From Candidatus Thorarchaeota archaeon (GTDB lineage Archaea > Asgardarchaeota > Heimdallarchaeia > Hodarchaeales > Hodarchaeaceae): a DNA stretch of 32,000 nt. The position numbers and the translations under genes were made by a program. Below the pieces are notes generated by a model, which ran no database searches, was not told the origin of the DNA, and worked only from the letters and a program-made list of their open reading frames with translations. Within the stretch, counting starts at the first letter, position 1. The number at the start of each line of letters is the position of its first letter. The stretch is taken from contig JBHLRO010000004.1 of the NCBI GenBank assembly GCA_048882505.1, positions 20,193 through 52,192 on the forward strand, in the 5' to 3' direction. This document shows positions 1 to 9,161 of the stretch, piece after piece.

Positions 1-731
1 TCGAGCCAGACGTCCTCGTCGATATCCTTATAGTAGTGAATAAGATGTTGGAATTCATGGGCAATAACATCGAAATTGCCACCGTTAAGGTTATTATAAC
101 CTTGAACGCCATCAATGTTAAGAATCTCAGCGTAATTGGATTTTGGTCCGCTTTGTTGATGGTGTGGATCAAAGAATCCTGCCACGTAACTTCCCCCCCC
201 GCCTGAACCGTCAATAATATCGAAGATTAAAATAATTATCTTGTTATTAAGATCAACGTCCGGTGGCCCTCCAAAGAAGGATGTCAGTTCCGGATAGATT
301 ACGGTCTCAAACGAATCGTTCATATTGTTGATGATTGGCATAGGGAACTCAGTCAAAGTGAGGTTTGAATAGTAAAGCGCGTTTGTCCCCACTTTATGAA
401 GAGTGGCGTTTATGATATAGAAATTCGTACTGGAGGAGGACACGTCTCTTACCCAGAACGTTTTTGTGGTTGCAAATGGTTCATTTAACCTATTTACCGA
501 GCTACGGGGGTTTGTTGACGCCTCTTCTTCATTGAAACTTGATGTAATCGAATTTGTGGCCTCTACGTATTTCTTAGATTCCACGAAGTTTAAGGAAGAT
601 ACATCCTCGCTCTGAGCACCATGGATATTAGTTGTAGAAAATGATGTACTGGCTATCCAACCTGTGGATAGAATGAGTAGTGTTAGTAAAAATGAAAAAA
701 TCGCCGTTAACCGCAATGGGGAAATCTCCAA
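1..731 (-). CDS. Secreted zinc metalloprotease, hyicolysin (M30)/neutral-protease-like; partial, runs off the window start
   Basis: My own translation of the minus strand from TTG at 731 (in-frame TAA at 743-741). It gives an N-terminal hydrophobic signal (LRLTAIFSFLLTLLILSTG), then PDVDLNNKIIILIFDIIDG...YVAGFFDP...SNYAEILNID...VIAHEFQHLIHY...DVWL, containing an HExxH motif. Not in the ORF track. An alternative TTG start lies at 716. Confidence 0.85.
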   Translation of the reverse strand, partial: MEISPLRLTAIFSFLLTLLILSTGWIASTSFSTTNIHGAQSEDVSSLNFVESKKYVEATNSITSSFNEEEASTNPRSSVNRLNEPFATTKTFWVRDVSSSSTNFYIINATLHKVGTNALYYSNLTLTEFPMPIINNMNDSFETVIYPELTSFFGGPPDVDLNNKIIILIFDIIDGSGGGGSYVAGFFDPHHQQSGPKSNYAEILNIDGVQGYNNLNGGNFDVIAHEFQHLIHYYKDIDEDVWL

Positions 732-798
732 GAATCGATGTTAGATTCATTCTGAGGGAAGCACAGTTTACGCTTTGAAAAACCTAATCTTTCTCAAA

Positions 799-816
799 CC
801 TTAAAAGGTTAGTTTC
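799..816 (-). promoter_or_regulatory. Putative archaeal BRE-TATA promoter (GAAACTAACCTTTTAAGG) for the metalloprotease
   Basis: Purine-rich BRE-like segment followed by TTTTAAG, 68-85 nt upstream of the start at 731. A near-identical motif lies at 8408-8426. Confidence 0.5.
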
Positions 817-859
817 GGTTGAAATGATCCATTCGTGGCTGAGGGTTTTGGTTCTGCAT

Positions 860-1567
860 CTAAAGGTAGCTGTCCTCTATAATACGCCCATCCTCCATTT
901 TTATGAGTCGCATTCCCGGTTCTAACATCTCTTCATCGTGGGTTACACAGATGATTGTTTTTCCATGTTTCTTGTTCAATTTCCCTAGAAGTTGCATAAT
1001 CTCGTGACCTGTTACCGAATCTAGATCACCTGTGGGTTCATCAGCTAAAATGACTTCAGGGTCGTTAGCCAAAGCACGTGCGATCCCTATCCGTTGTTTT
1101 TCTCCTCCCGACAATTCATGAGGAAAATGATCCTTCCTGTTCTCTAAGTTGACCAGTTCGAGTAATTCTAGAGCCCGTACCTCACGTTTTTTGCGTTTAA
1201 TCCCCGCAATCATCATAGGAAGCTCTATGTTTTCTTGGGCGTTCAGTACGGGATGTAGGTTGAAAAACTGGAATATAAATCCTAGTTTGTGTCGCCTAAG
1301 CATGGCGCGTTCTTTATCACTCAGAGCAGTCAGATCCTCGTTATCGACCTGAACAATTCCAGCTGACGGGCGTTCCAAGCCAGCCAACACGTTCAAAAGA
1401 GTGGATTTCCCCGATCCAGATGGACCCATGACCATAATATACTCATTTTGGTGAACAGTCATCGTGATGTTATTCAAAGCATCAATCGTATGAGTCCCTA
1501 CGGTGTAACGTTGACTTACTGCTTCCATTTCGATTAGCGGAGTTTGTTGTTGTTTACTCGTGCTCAA
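860..1567 (-). CDS. ABC transporter ATP-binding protein, LolD/MacB-type
   Basis: Walker [17 protein letters not shown] signature, Walker B ILADEPT, VTHD H-loop. The ORF track starts at GTG 1579. TTG 1567 is preferred because GAGGTGA (1582-1576) sits 8 nt upstream of it. Confidence 0.95.
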   Translation of the reverse strand: MSTSKQQQTPLIEMEAVSQRYTVGTHTIDALNNITMTVHQNEYIMVMGPSGSGKSTLLNVLAGLERPSAGIVQVDNEDLTALSDKERAMLRRHKLGFIFQFFNLHPVLNAQENIELPMMIAGIKRKKREVRALELLELVNLENRKDHFPHELSGGEKQRIGIARALANDPEVILADEPTGDLDSVTGHEIMQLLGKLNKKHGKTIICVTHDEEMLEPGMRLIKMEDGRIIEDSYL

Positions 1568-2435
1568 CAGGATGATCACCTCTGACTGGAATAATCGTTG
1601 CCAGACCGTTTCTCATTTCTATTTTAATATGGTTTTTGATCCCCGCTTCTTGAAGTATATCAGATGGTATCCGGAGATTCCCATGATCATCAACATAAAT
1701 CACTTCTTCTCGATGTACCAAGGAGGAGGATGGATCAATCGCACGGTGTAAGCCCACAATACGACCATCAAGAATACGCATAGCTTTAGTGGTCATATTC
1801 GCGAAACGATTATCGTGAGTCACTACAATAATCGTTTTGCCCAGGTCTCTATTTAGTTCTTTGAAGTACTCAATTATCTTAAATGTTGTAACGCTGTCCA
1901 ACTCTCCGGTGGGCTCGTCGGCGAGTAATATACTGGGATCATTGGCTAACGCTACCGCAATCCCAGCCCGTTGGGCTTCTCCCCCTGATAATTGGAAAGG
2001 TTTGTGGTTTATACGCGCTTCCAAGCCAACCTGCTTGAGAAGTTGTTGTGCCCTCCTTTTCTGATCGTGTCGACTGATTTTTCCAGCAATTTTCATGGGA
2101 AGCATGACATTTTTCAACGCGGTCAAGTTCCATACTAGATTTCGCTCTGGCAATTGGTAAAGAAAGCCAACCTTCCGTCTCCGGTAATCGGTCAGCTGCC
2201 TGGTTTTCATTTTGTTTATGGCTTCTCCACCTAGAATGATTTCACCCGAAGATGGCTTATCAATGCCTCCTATGAGATTTATTAGCGTAGACTTTCCACT
2301 TCCGCTCGGTCCAATGATGGCAATGAGGTCTCCCTCGTTTACGCTGAGTTCGACGCCTCTTAGAGCAGGAATCTGGATTTTGCTTTGTTCTTCAGTATAC
2401 AGTTTGATTACATCATTACATTCTAAGAATGCCAT
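1554..2435 (-). CDS. ABC transporter ATP-binding protein, LolD/MacB-type, with C-terminal AbrB/SpoVT-like extension
   Basis: [31 protein letters not shown]. The C-terminal YVDDHGNLRIPSDILQEAGI matches the swapped-hairpin pattern. Confidence 0.93.
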   Translation of the reverse strand: MAFLECNDVIKLYTEEQSKIQIPALRGVELSVNEGDLIAIIGPSGSGKSTLINLIGGIDKPSSGEIILGGEAINKMKTRQLTDYRRRKVGFLYQLPERNLVWNLTALKNVMLPMKIAGKISRHDQKRRAQQLLKQVGLEARINHKPFQLSGGEAQRAGIAVALANDPSILLADEPTGELDSVTTFKIIEYFKELNRDLGKTIIVVTHDNRFANMTTKAMRILDGRIVGLHRAIDPSSSLVHREEVIYVDDHGNLRIPSDILQEAGIKNHIKIEMRNGLATIIPVRGDHPVEHE

Positions 2436-2436
2436 T

Positions 2437-5391
2437 TTATTCTACCTTTAGAATTCTTGAAATGTCCCTTCTTGTTGCCATATAGGCTGGAATAACAGTT
2501 CCGATTCCAGCTGCAAGCAGGATAGCGAGGATGATATTTATGAGGAACTCGATAGGATAGGTGACTACCATCGGGGGCACCGTCTGGCCTAATTGCGTAA
2601 CCTGTAAAAACATTGCCACAAAGTACGCCCCCGTCACTGTACCAATTAGGGCTCCAAAAGCCAAAATCATAATCGCTTCAACCAAAAAAGACTGACCAGT
2701 TTGTATACGGGTCATACCAAGCGCTCGTTCAACTCCAATTTCTTTACCGCGCTCAACAAAGGTAAAGAAAGCAAACATCACGATACCGATGATCGACACG
2801 GCCATACAGGCTATGAGATCTGTGTTAAGAATGGAAAGGCCGAATTTCCTTCCAAAACTTGTCTTGAAATCCCTGTAGGCTAACCCTGGGCTCTGCGGTA
2901 TTACGTGTGTAAGATTGGTGATCTGGTCTACTGTGAATTCAAGATTTGACTCTGAATCAATTTTCCCAAGGTGTTTTGCTGAAATAGAATTTAAGTAATT
3001 AGAGTCGTTTAATCTTTCAAACATCCCCAAACTTCCTACAAGCCAGAAATTCCTAGAAACATCGTACCATGGTTGGGGATAAAGCGTCGGCCAAGAATAA
3101 AAAGTTCCTCCAACCCGAAATGTGATTGTTTCAGTAAATATCGAACCATTTTCGAACCGAATTGAAACATTTTCTCCTATGGTTTTCGGCATAGAACTGA
3201 CCCCTAGATTCTTTTCATATATTATAACGGTCTGATTATCAACCAATTCCTCCATCAAGGTAGATAGAGAGCTACTTAATATGAAACCGGCATCTGGGTT
3301 TACTGTAAGGGCATAGGTTCTCGGATCAACAAACAAAAACGAATATCGTTGATACTCATATCCATATGTCTCGTAATTGCCAAAATAAGTTGTTGATATA
3401 CTGGTTAGGTGAGATATGTTAGATTGAAAGATATGATAGAGGGTCTGATTTGAGGCGGTTGGGTCACTAAGAGTAACATCAGCGCCTTCCGCATAATAAA
3501 TCTGTGATCTGGTAGACTCATCCATAGAAAAGATGAGAGACGATGAAAGGATTGAAAAAGACAAGGCCAGGGTTACGAGTAACACCGCTCTGTTGGCAGC
3601 TTGTTTATGGCGAACGATATTTCGTACTGAAAAGGCATTGATTCCCCCTCCTGCTTGCCAGAAGAAATCTGAGAGCCTAGACATTAAAAAAGGAAAAGTA
3701 CGAGCTATCATCATAATCGTGCCAAAAAACATGAAAAACGGCGCCGGAATCGTCAACAAGCCCAAGATCGGGTATATTGCAGCGAGCAACGGTGCAATCT
3801 CCTCTCCTGACATAAGTTGACGGTATATTGTCATCATGAGTACCCATGTCCCCGTACCGATCAAAAAAATGAAAACATCAAGGTATTTTCGTTTCCAGAA
3901 GGGATCACGTTTTTCAATGGGGATTTGGGTTTCAGTAATGTCTTGTCTACTCATCCTGATGATCCGCCCCAAATTAAGCAGAAAAGCAAGAATTATTCCC
4001 CAGCTGATTAAATCTTGAACCATAGACACTGTTGCTCTCACTGGAATCGGTTCACTCCCAAATTGAAGAAAATCAGAGGAACGCATGACAATGTCCGTGA
4101 AAATCAAACTTACGACAAAACCAATCCCTGTAGCGATAACCGTGGAGATTACCACTTCAACTAGGAGAAGCAAGAACACCTGCCACGAGGAACCACCTCG
4201 AGTCTTAATAATTCCAATTTGATCTTGATATTGTTTTCTAACAAGACCGAATGAATAAACGACCAGATATAGTGCGATTGCGACAACTGGGAAAGTTACT
4301 AACAACAGAACCACAATTAAACCAAAGATTTGAAGTTGGAAGAATTCCATTTCTTGTTGGAGGGGGGAATAGATATAGAAATTTTCGAGAACAGCGTAAA
4401 ATTCTTGCTCTAGCGCTCGAATGAAACTTTTTAACTTCCCAAGCTCCTCCCCCACGACATATGCATTAAATTTCGAGTGATCGAGGCATAATTCGCCGAC
4501 CATGCGGTAATCATAGCCAAACTGGGTATCAGTTTCAGTAAATTCTGATATGGTTGTGTTTAGCATGTGTGGGGTTGAAAGAAATCTGGGCGCATCAGCA
4601 CCAACACCGTCAAGGTATTTTCGCAGCAAATTTGTTATTGGACCTTCTACTGGCCGAAGGAAATCACCATAATAGTAATGCTCCAAAATAACGGGATATT
4701 CCAGCATTCCAACTATCTTAACAGTCTTATTGATCACGTTATCCTCTTGTCCTTTAGTAAATGTAATTTGTTGACCCAATGTATAGTTTTTCCATCGTTT
4801 CATCCATTCCCATCCATCATAGGGAAAATTTTCAGCCCGAATCATAATCACTTCATCTGTTGTCCGGGGAATTCTGCCATTTCCAGTGCCATTCAGAATG
4901 GATGCAACCTCTGCATAAAAATCAGGTTCAGATGACGCGGAAAGCTCAGTATAGTCCCGTTCAACTTTTTCTGGAGCATCGCCATAAGTAACGTTCACCC
5001 ATACTCCCAAACTTAATGTCGTGTACCATCGGTAGTCCGACATATATTCCCCGTAGCCTGTCGACGAGATTGCGGACTCCACTATTGAATCAAAAATTCC
5101 ATACGATGTTAGCAAACTATTGGCGTTAGAAGAGGGTATTCCGCCTTCCAGCCCAGGATATTCCACCGTCCCTTGTATCCGAATATCCGCATCATTGAGA
5201 TCTAGACTTCGGGATACTGTTTCTTCAAACAATTCTGATTGGTACGAATTGATCATTATGCTATTTTGCGCTAAAATCGTGAGAGCAAGAACTAAGCCAA
5301 TCATTGTTGGGAAGATTAGCCGTTTGTTGCTTAAAACGAGCTCATATACGATAATTAGATGATCTATCGCTCTGATTACTGGATTCTTCAT
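2437..5391 (-). CDS. FtsX/MacB-like ABC permease (984 aa, duplicated architecture)
   Basis: N-terminal TM, large extracellular domain, TM cluster with IGIIKTRGGS, second extracellular domain, and a C-terminal FtsX-like segment (ERGKEIGVERALGMT...EA). Adjacent to the ATPases. Confidence 0.9.
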   Translation of the reverse strand: MKNPVIRAIDHLIIVYELVLSNKRLIFPTMIGLVLALTILAQNSIMINSYQSELFEETVSRSLDLNDADIRIQGTVEYPGLEGGIPSSNANSLLTSYGIFDSIVESAISSTGYGEYMSDYRWYTTLSLGVWVNVTYGDAPEKVERDYTELSASSEPDFYAEVASILNGTGNGRIPRTTDEVIMIRAENFPYDGWEWMKRWKNYTLGQQITFTKGQEDNVINKTVKIVGMLEYPVILEHYYYGDFLRPVEGPITNLLRKYLDGVGADAPRFLSTPHMLNTTISEFTETDTQFGYDYRMVGELCLDHSKFNAYVVGEELGKLKSFIRALEQEFYAVLENFYIYSPLQQEMEFFQLQIFGLIVVLLLVTFPVVAIALYLVVYSFGLVRKQYQDQIGIIKTRGGSSWQVFLLLLVEVVISTVIATGIGFVVSLIFTDIVMRSSDFLQFGSEPIPVRATVSMVQDLISWGIILAFLLNLGRIIRMSRQDITETQIPIEKRDPFWKRKYLDVFIFLIGTGTWVLMMTIYRQLMSGEEIAPLLAAIYPILGLLTIPAPFFMFFGTIMMIARTFPFLMSRLSDFFWQAGGGINAFSVRNIVRHKQAANRAVLLVTLALSFSILSSSLIFSMDESTRSQIYYAEGADVTLSDPTASNQTLYHIFQSNISHLTSISTTYFGNYETYGYEYQRYSFLFVDPRTYALTVNPDAGFILSSSLSTLMEELVDNQTVIIYEKNLGVSSMPKTIGENVSIRFENGSIFTETITFRVGGTFYSWPTLYPQPWYDVSRNFWLVGSLGMFERLNDSNYLNSISAKHLGKIDSESNLEFTVDQITNLTHVIPQSPGLAYRDFKTSFGRKFGLSILNTDLIACMAVSIIGIVMFAFFTFVERGKEIGVERALGMTRIQTGQSFLVEAIMILAFGALIGTVTGAYFVAMFLQVTQLGQTVPPMVVTYPIEFLINIILAILLAAGIGTVIPAYMATRRDISRILKVE

Positions 5392-5444
5392 TTTCCTTTT
5401 CGCCTTAAATTCGTGGAGAACTGGGATAATTCCAAACTAGTAGC

Positions 5445-8327
5445 TTATTCCACCTTTAAAGTTCGTGAAATGTCTTTTCTTGTAGAGAGGTAGGCAGGGA
5501 TAACTGTTCCGATTCCTGCGGCAATCAGAATCCCTAAGATTATGACCGATAGGACTGGAATTGGATAAGCGACAGCTGATGGTGGGATGGTTTCACCAAG
5601 ATGAGTTACCTGAAGAAACATGGAGACAAAATACATTCCGCTGATGGTACCTATAATAGTCCCAAAGATGAGGATCATGATTGCTTCGACCAGGAAGGAC
5701 TGGGCGGTTTGACCCTGAGTCATTCCGAGAGCCCTTTCAACGCCAATTTCCTTTCCACGTTCAACATAGGTAAAAAAGGCAAACATGACAATGCCAACTG
5801 TAGCCACAGCCATACAGACAATGAGATCGGCGTTAAGAACAGATAGAGAAAAAATCCTACCGAAATCAGCTTTATATTCCTTAAAACGTAAGGCCGGAGC
5901 TATTGGTTCTTTATTGGTAAGATTTGATATTTGTTGTACCGTAAATTCTAAATTTTGATCAGAATCAATCCTACCAAGGTATTTTGCGGATATTTGGGAA
6001 AGGTAATTGGATTCATTTAAGCTTTCGAATAATCCTAGGTTGCCTATGATCCAGAAATAATCGGTTGGGAAGTACCACGGTTGGGGATAGAATGTCGGCC
6101 AATATCGAAATGTCCCTCCAATTTTGAACGAGAGGCGTTCGGTGAGTGATGCATTGGTGAAACGGATCGAGATATTATTTCCAATGGACATACTATTAGC
6201 ATAAAGATTCTCCTCGTACACTAGAACCGTCTGGTTATCGGCCAATTCGTTCATCAAGCTACTCAAAGGACTACTAAGTCGATAACTAGAATGCATGAAC
6301 GCCGTGCTAGCATAGGTATCAGGGTCAACGAATAAGAACTGGTAAACCCTGGATGCATAGCCATAGCTTACACACCTCGCCTGGAATGTCGTTGAAGTAC
6401 TGGTTAAATGTGACACGTTTTGTTGAAGGATCGTAGACAGAGAGCGATCGGAAGCTATCGGATCTGTGATGGTGATGTCAGCCCCTTCAGCATAGTAATA
6501 GCGTAGTCTTTCTGTTTCATCCATTGAAAAGATAAGAGAAGATGAGAGGATTGAAAAGGATAGTGCCAGAGTTACAAGCAACACGGCCCTATTGGCGGCT
6601 TGTTTATGCCTGACTATATTGCGTATGGAGAAAGCATTAATCCCCCCTCCGACTCGCCAGATAATTTCCGATAATTTCTGCATCAAATAAGGGAAAAATC
6701 GGGCGATTACCATTATAGTTCCGAAAAAAATGAAGAAAGGGGCAGGTATCATCAAAAGTGCCAAGAAGGGCGCTATCGCAAGGAACAGCGGAGCTATCTC
6801 CCTGCCAGACGTAGATGCTTCCATAACAGACATCATTAAAACCCACGTTCCCGTGCCGATCAAGAACATAGCGACATCCAAGTAGCGCCGTTTCCATAAC
6901 GGATCACGTTTTTCTGTTGGAACCTGAGTCTCTATAATATTTTGTCTGCTCATCTTGACTATTCGAGTGAAATTGAGGAGGATAGCAAAGAAAATCCCCC
7001 ATAGAACCAAATTTTGAACCATCGATATGGAAACTTTGACTGGTACAGGATCTCCTTCAAAGAGTAGAAAATCCGAGGAGCGAAGGATAACTTCTGCCAA
7101 ACCCAAGCTTGCCAAGAATCCAAATCCTGTGGCAACAACTGTAGATACTATTATTTCGGTCAAAAGAATAAAAAATATCTGGAATGAAGAACTACCGCGC
7201 GTCTTTATAATCCCAATCTGTGCCTGATATTGACGTCGGACAAGCCCAAAAGAGTAAATCACAAGGTATAAGGCAATCGCAATTACGGGAAGACTGACAA
7301 GAAGGAGAATGACGATCAATATCATTATTGAACTCTGAAGATATAGGAGGTTTCCCAAGAGCTGCGAATGGATATGTGTATCAAACAAAGGTTCTTCTAA
7401 AAAGGTTCTGTCTAGTTCTTGTAGGAAACGTCTTAATTTACTTATTTCGCCCGTGACGTCATATGAGTTGAATACTGAGTAATCAAGATCTATCTCACCG
7501 ACTATCGTACACTGGTAGTCATAAACTTCTGTATTTACGACATATTCGGTAATGGTTTCGTTAAGGAATTGTCTTGTTGAAAGGAATCGATAATCTCCCC
7601 ACATATAATCAAAATATCTTGTTAAAAGGGTTGTTGTTGTCCCGAATGGTTGACCTGAATTATCATACTCCAGAATTCCAACAATTGTAACCGTTTTATT
7701 GAATCCCCCAGCTTCATATAATTCATATCCGATTGATATCATCACTTCATCGGAAATCGCGTAATTTTGCCATAATTCCTCTTGATAAGGATCCCCCATC
7801 AATGGTCGAATTAAAACAACTTCGTCAGAAGAGCTAGGAAGTCGACCATTTTCGGTTGTATTCAGAATAGAAGCAATTTGAGCGTAAAAGACCGCTTCCG
7901 AGGAAGCCAGCATCTCTGAATATCTGGATAATTCCTGACCTGAATTATTTGACATTATTTCAAGGGCTAACCGCGTATACCAACGTCTTTCTGATATATA
8001 GTTCCCATATTTTACTAAATCTATTGCCTTCTCAACGTGCGTATTAAACGCGCTATAGTTTGTTAGTTTGTTGGCAAAAGAAAGAGAGGATCCAGGATAG
8101 CCAGCTCTTTCTTCAATACGAATATCTCCTTCTAGCCTATCTATATCAAGCATCTTTTCTAAGATTTCAGACGAGTACGAATCGATCAAGACATTCGAAT
8201 GTGATACGATGGCAAGAGCAATAACCAGGCCCACCATGGTTGGAAAAAAGAGGCGTTTATTACATAGGACCAGTTCATAAACTACGACAAGCTGGTCACC
8301 CAACCACGCCATTGGACTGATTTTCAT
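5445..8327 (-). CDS. FtsX/MacB-like ABC permease (960 aa), tandem paralog of 2437..5391
   Basis: Same architecture. Shares identical segments such as NIVRHKQAANRAVLLVTLALSFSILSSSLIFSMDE and VERGKEIGVERALGMT. SD-like GAGGTAGGAAGG lies just before the ATG. Confidence 0.9.
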   Translation of the reverse strand: MKISPMAWLGDQLVVVYELVLCNKRLFFPTMVGLVIALAIVSHSNVLIDSYSSEILEKMLDIDRLEGDIRIEERAGYPGSSLSFANKLTNYSAFNTHVEKAIDLVKYGNYISERRWYTRLALEIMSNNSGQELSRYSEMLASSEAVFYAQIASILNTTENGRLPSSSDEVVLIRPLMGDPYQEELWQNYAISDEVMISIGYELYEAGGFNKTVTIVGILEYDNSGQPFGTTTTLLTRYFDYMWGDYRFLSTRQFLNETITEYVVNTEVYDYQCTIVGEIDLDYSVFNSYDVTGEISKLRRFLQELDRTFLEEPLFDTHIHSQLLGNLLYLQSSIMILIVILLLVSLPVIAIALYLVIYSFGLVRRQYQAQIGIIKTRGSSSFQIFFILLTEIIVSTVVATGFGFLASLGLAEVILRSSDFLLFEGDPVPVKVSISMVQNLVLWGIFFAILLNFTRIVKMSRQNIIETQVPTEKRDPLWKRRYLDVAMFLIGTGTWVLMMSVMEASTSGREIAPLFLAIAPFLALLMIPAPFFIFFGTIMVIARFFPYLMQKLSEIIWRVGGGINAFSIRNIVRHKQAANRAVLLVTLALSFSILSSSLIFSMDETERLRYYYAEGADITITDPIASDRSLSTILQQNVSHLTSTSTTFQARCVSYGYASRVYQFLFVDPDTYASTAFMHSSYRLSSPLSSLMNELADNQTVLVYEENLYANSMSIGNNISIRFTNASLTERLSFKIGGTFRYWPTFYPQPWYFPTDYFWIIGNLGLFESLNESNYLSQISAKYLGRIDSDQNLEFTVQQISNLTNKEPIAPALRFKEYKADFGRIFSLSVLNADLIVCMAVATVGIVMFAFFTYVERGKEIGVERALGMTQGQTAQSFLVEAIMILIFGTIIGTISGMYFVSMFLQVTHLGETIPPSAVAYPIPVLSVIILGILIAAGIGTVIPAYLSTRKDISRTLKVE

Positions 8328-8340
8328 CCTTTCCTACCTC

Positions 8341-8370
8341 ATTATACTGCCAAGGGCCCTTGGCTATAAT
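8341..8370. promoter_or_regulatory. 30-bp quasi-palindrome (operator or 5'-UTR hairpin) upstream of the ABC operon
   Basis: ATTATA-CT-GCCAAGGGCCCTTGGC-TATAAT: a perfect 16-bp core (8349-8364) with complementary flanks, 14-43 nt upstream of the start at 8327. Confidence 0.55.
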
Positions 8371-8407
8371 TTATTTTTGGTACATTCTTTTACACTAGGG
8401 ATTTTTT

Positions 8408-8426
8408 CCTTAAAAAGGTTAATTTC
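8408..8426 (-). promoter_or_regulatory. Putative BRE-TATA promoter (GAAATTAACCTTTTTAAGG) for the ABC operon
   Basis: Archaeal BRE/TATA-like sequence that matches 799-816 with one mismatch and one indel. Confidence 0.5.
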
Positions 8427-8621
8427 TCTGCATAAGATATTTGGCTGGCAAAGAATTCTGCTGAAGGAATAGGCACATGATGGAACCCCAGAATGATATT
8501 CCCATTAAAAATCGATTCTTTCGAACACCTCCTCAAAAATGTTTCCAAGGATCGGAAAATTTGGAGAGAACTGTGTATCTGACATTCTCATTGAATTAGG
8601 CTTGACTAGACGACAAAATGC

Positions 8622-9161
8622 TCATTTGAAAAGGTACACCATGATACCAAGTCCACAAAAAATACTGCCGGACAATTGCATAATCCAAAACCAAGCTAGC
8701 TCGGCAGTGGGTCTTTCACCATCAGTGACAAGATATTTGGATCCCCAGGCCTCTATTCGTTTACCAATGGATACTCGATGGTTAGCAGTGACATAAATAG
8801 CGGATGTTTTTTCCCCAAAAAGAAATCCAGCAAGATAGATGGGTTCTAATCCTGAAAATAAATCGACAAGATAATGTGCGGCTAACGCGTTTACAAACAG
8901 GTTGATTTCAGGATAAAGGGAGTAAGGAAATAGAATCCATAGCGCAAGGATAAAAATATAATCATGTGTAGCTTTGCGAGCGCTCGAACGGGGAATCCTC
9001 AGGGTGATAAAAAAAGCTTCGAGATAATCAGGCAGTTGACTCCCAATCAGAATGAGCAAAATCTGGACAATTGTAAGTTCAGGGGCATCAAAGAGTGTGA
9101 ACCAGAAAAAGAAAAGGCCAAAAGTCCACTCAGTGTGCTTTAACGCTTCCAAAGAATTCAC
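8622..9161 (-). CDS. YdjM-like membrane metal-dependent hydrolase, partly degenerate
   Basis: Hydrophobic, with motifs KH, GSQLPDYLE, RKATH and AHYLVD. The GTG start overlaps the stop of the upstream paralog. Confidence 0.7.
   Translation of the reverse strand: MNSLEALKHTEWTFGLFFFWFTLFDAPELTIVQILLILIGSQLPDYLEAFFITLRIPRSSARKATHDYIFILALWILFPYSLYPEINLFVNALAAHYLVDLFSGLEPIYLAGFLFGEKTSAIYVTANHRVSIGKRIEAWGSKYLVTDGERPTAELAWFWIMQLSGSIFCGLGIMVYLFK

Noticed and set aside
193-200. C8 homopolymer in the protease gene as a phase-variation site
   Set aside because: It encodes a Gly run, the frame is intact, and nothing else suggests slippage.
1149-7227. Short plus-strand and alternate-frame ORFs within the ABC genes
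   Set aside because: They are shadows of long, well-supported minus-strand genes and have no recognisable motifs.
8477-8599. 40-codon plus-strand ORF (MMEPQNDIPIK...) in the intergenic gap
   Set aside because: It is short, has no motif and only a weak SD, so it cannot be supported from sequence alone.
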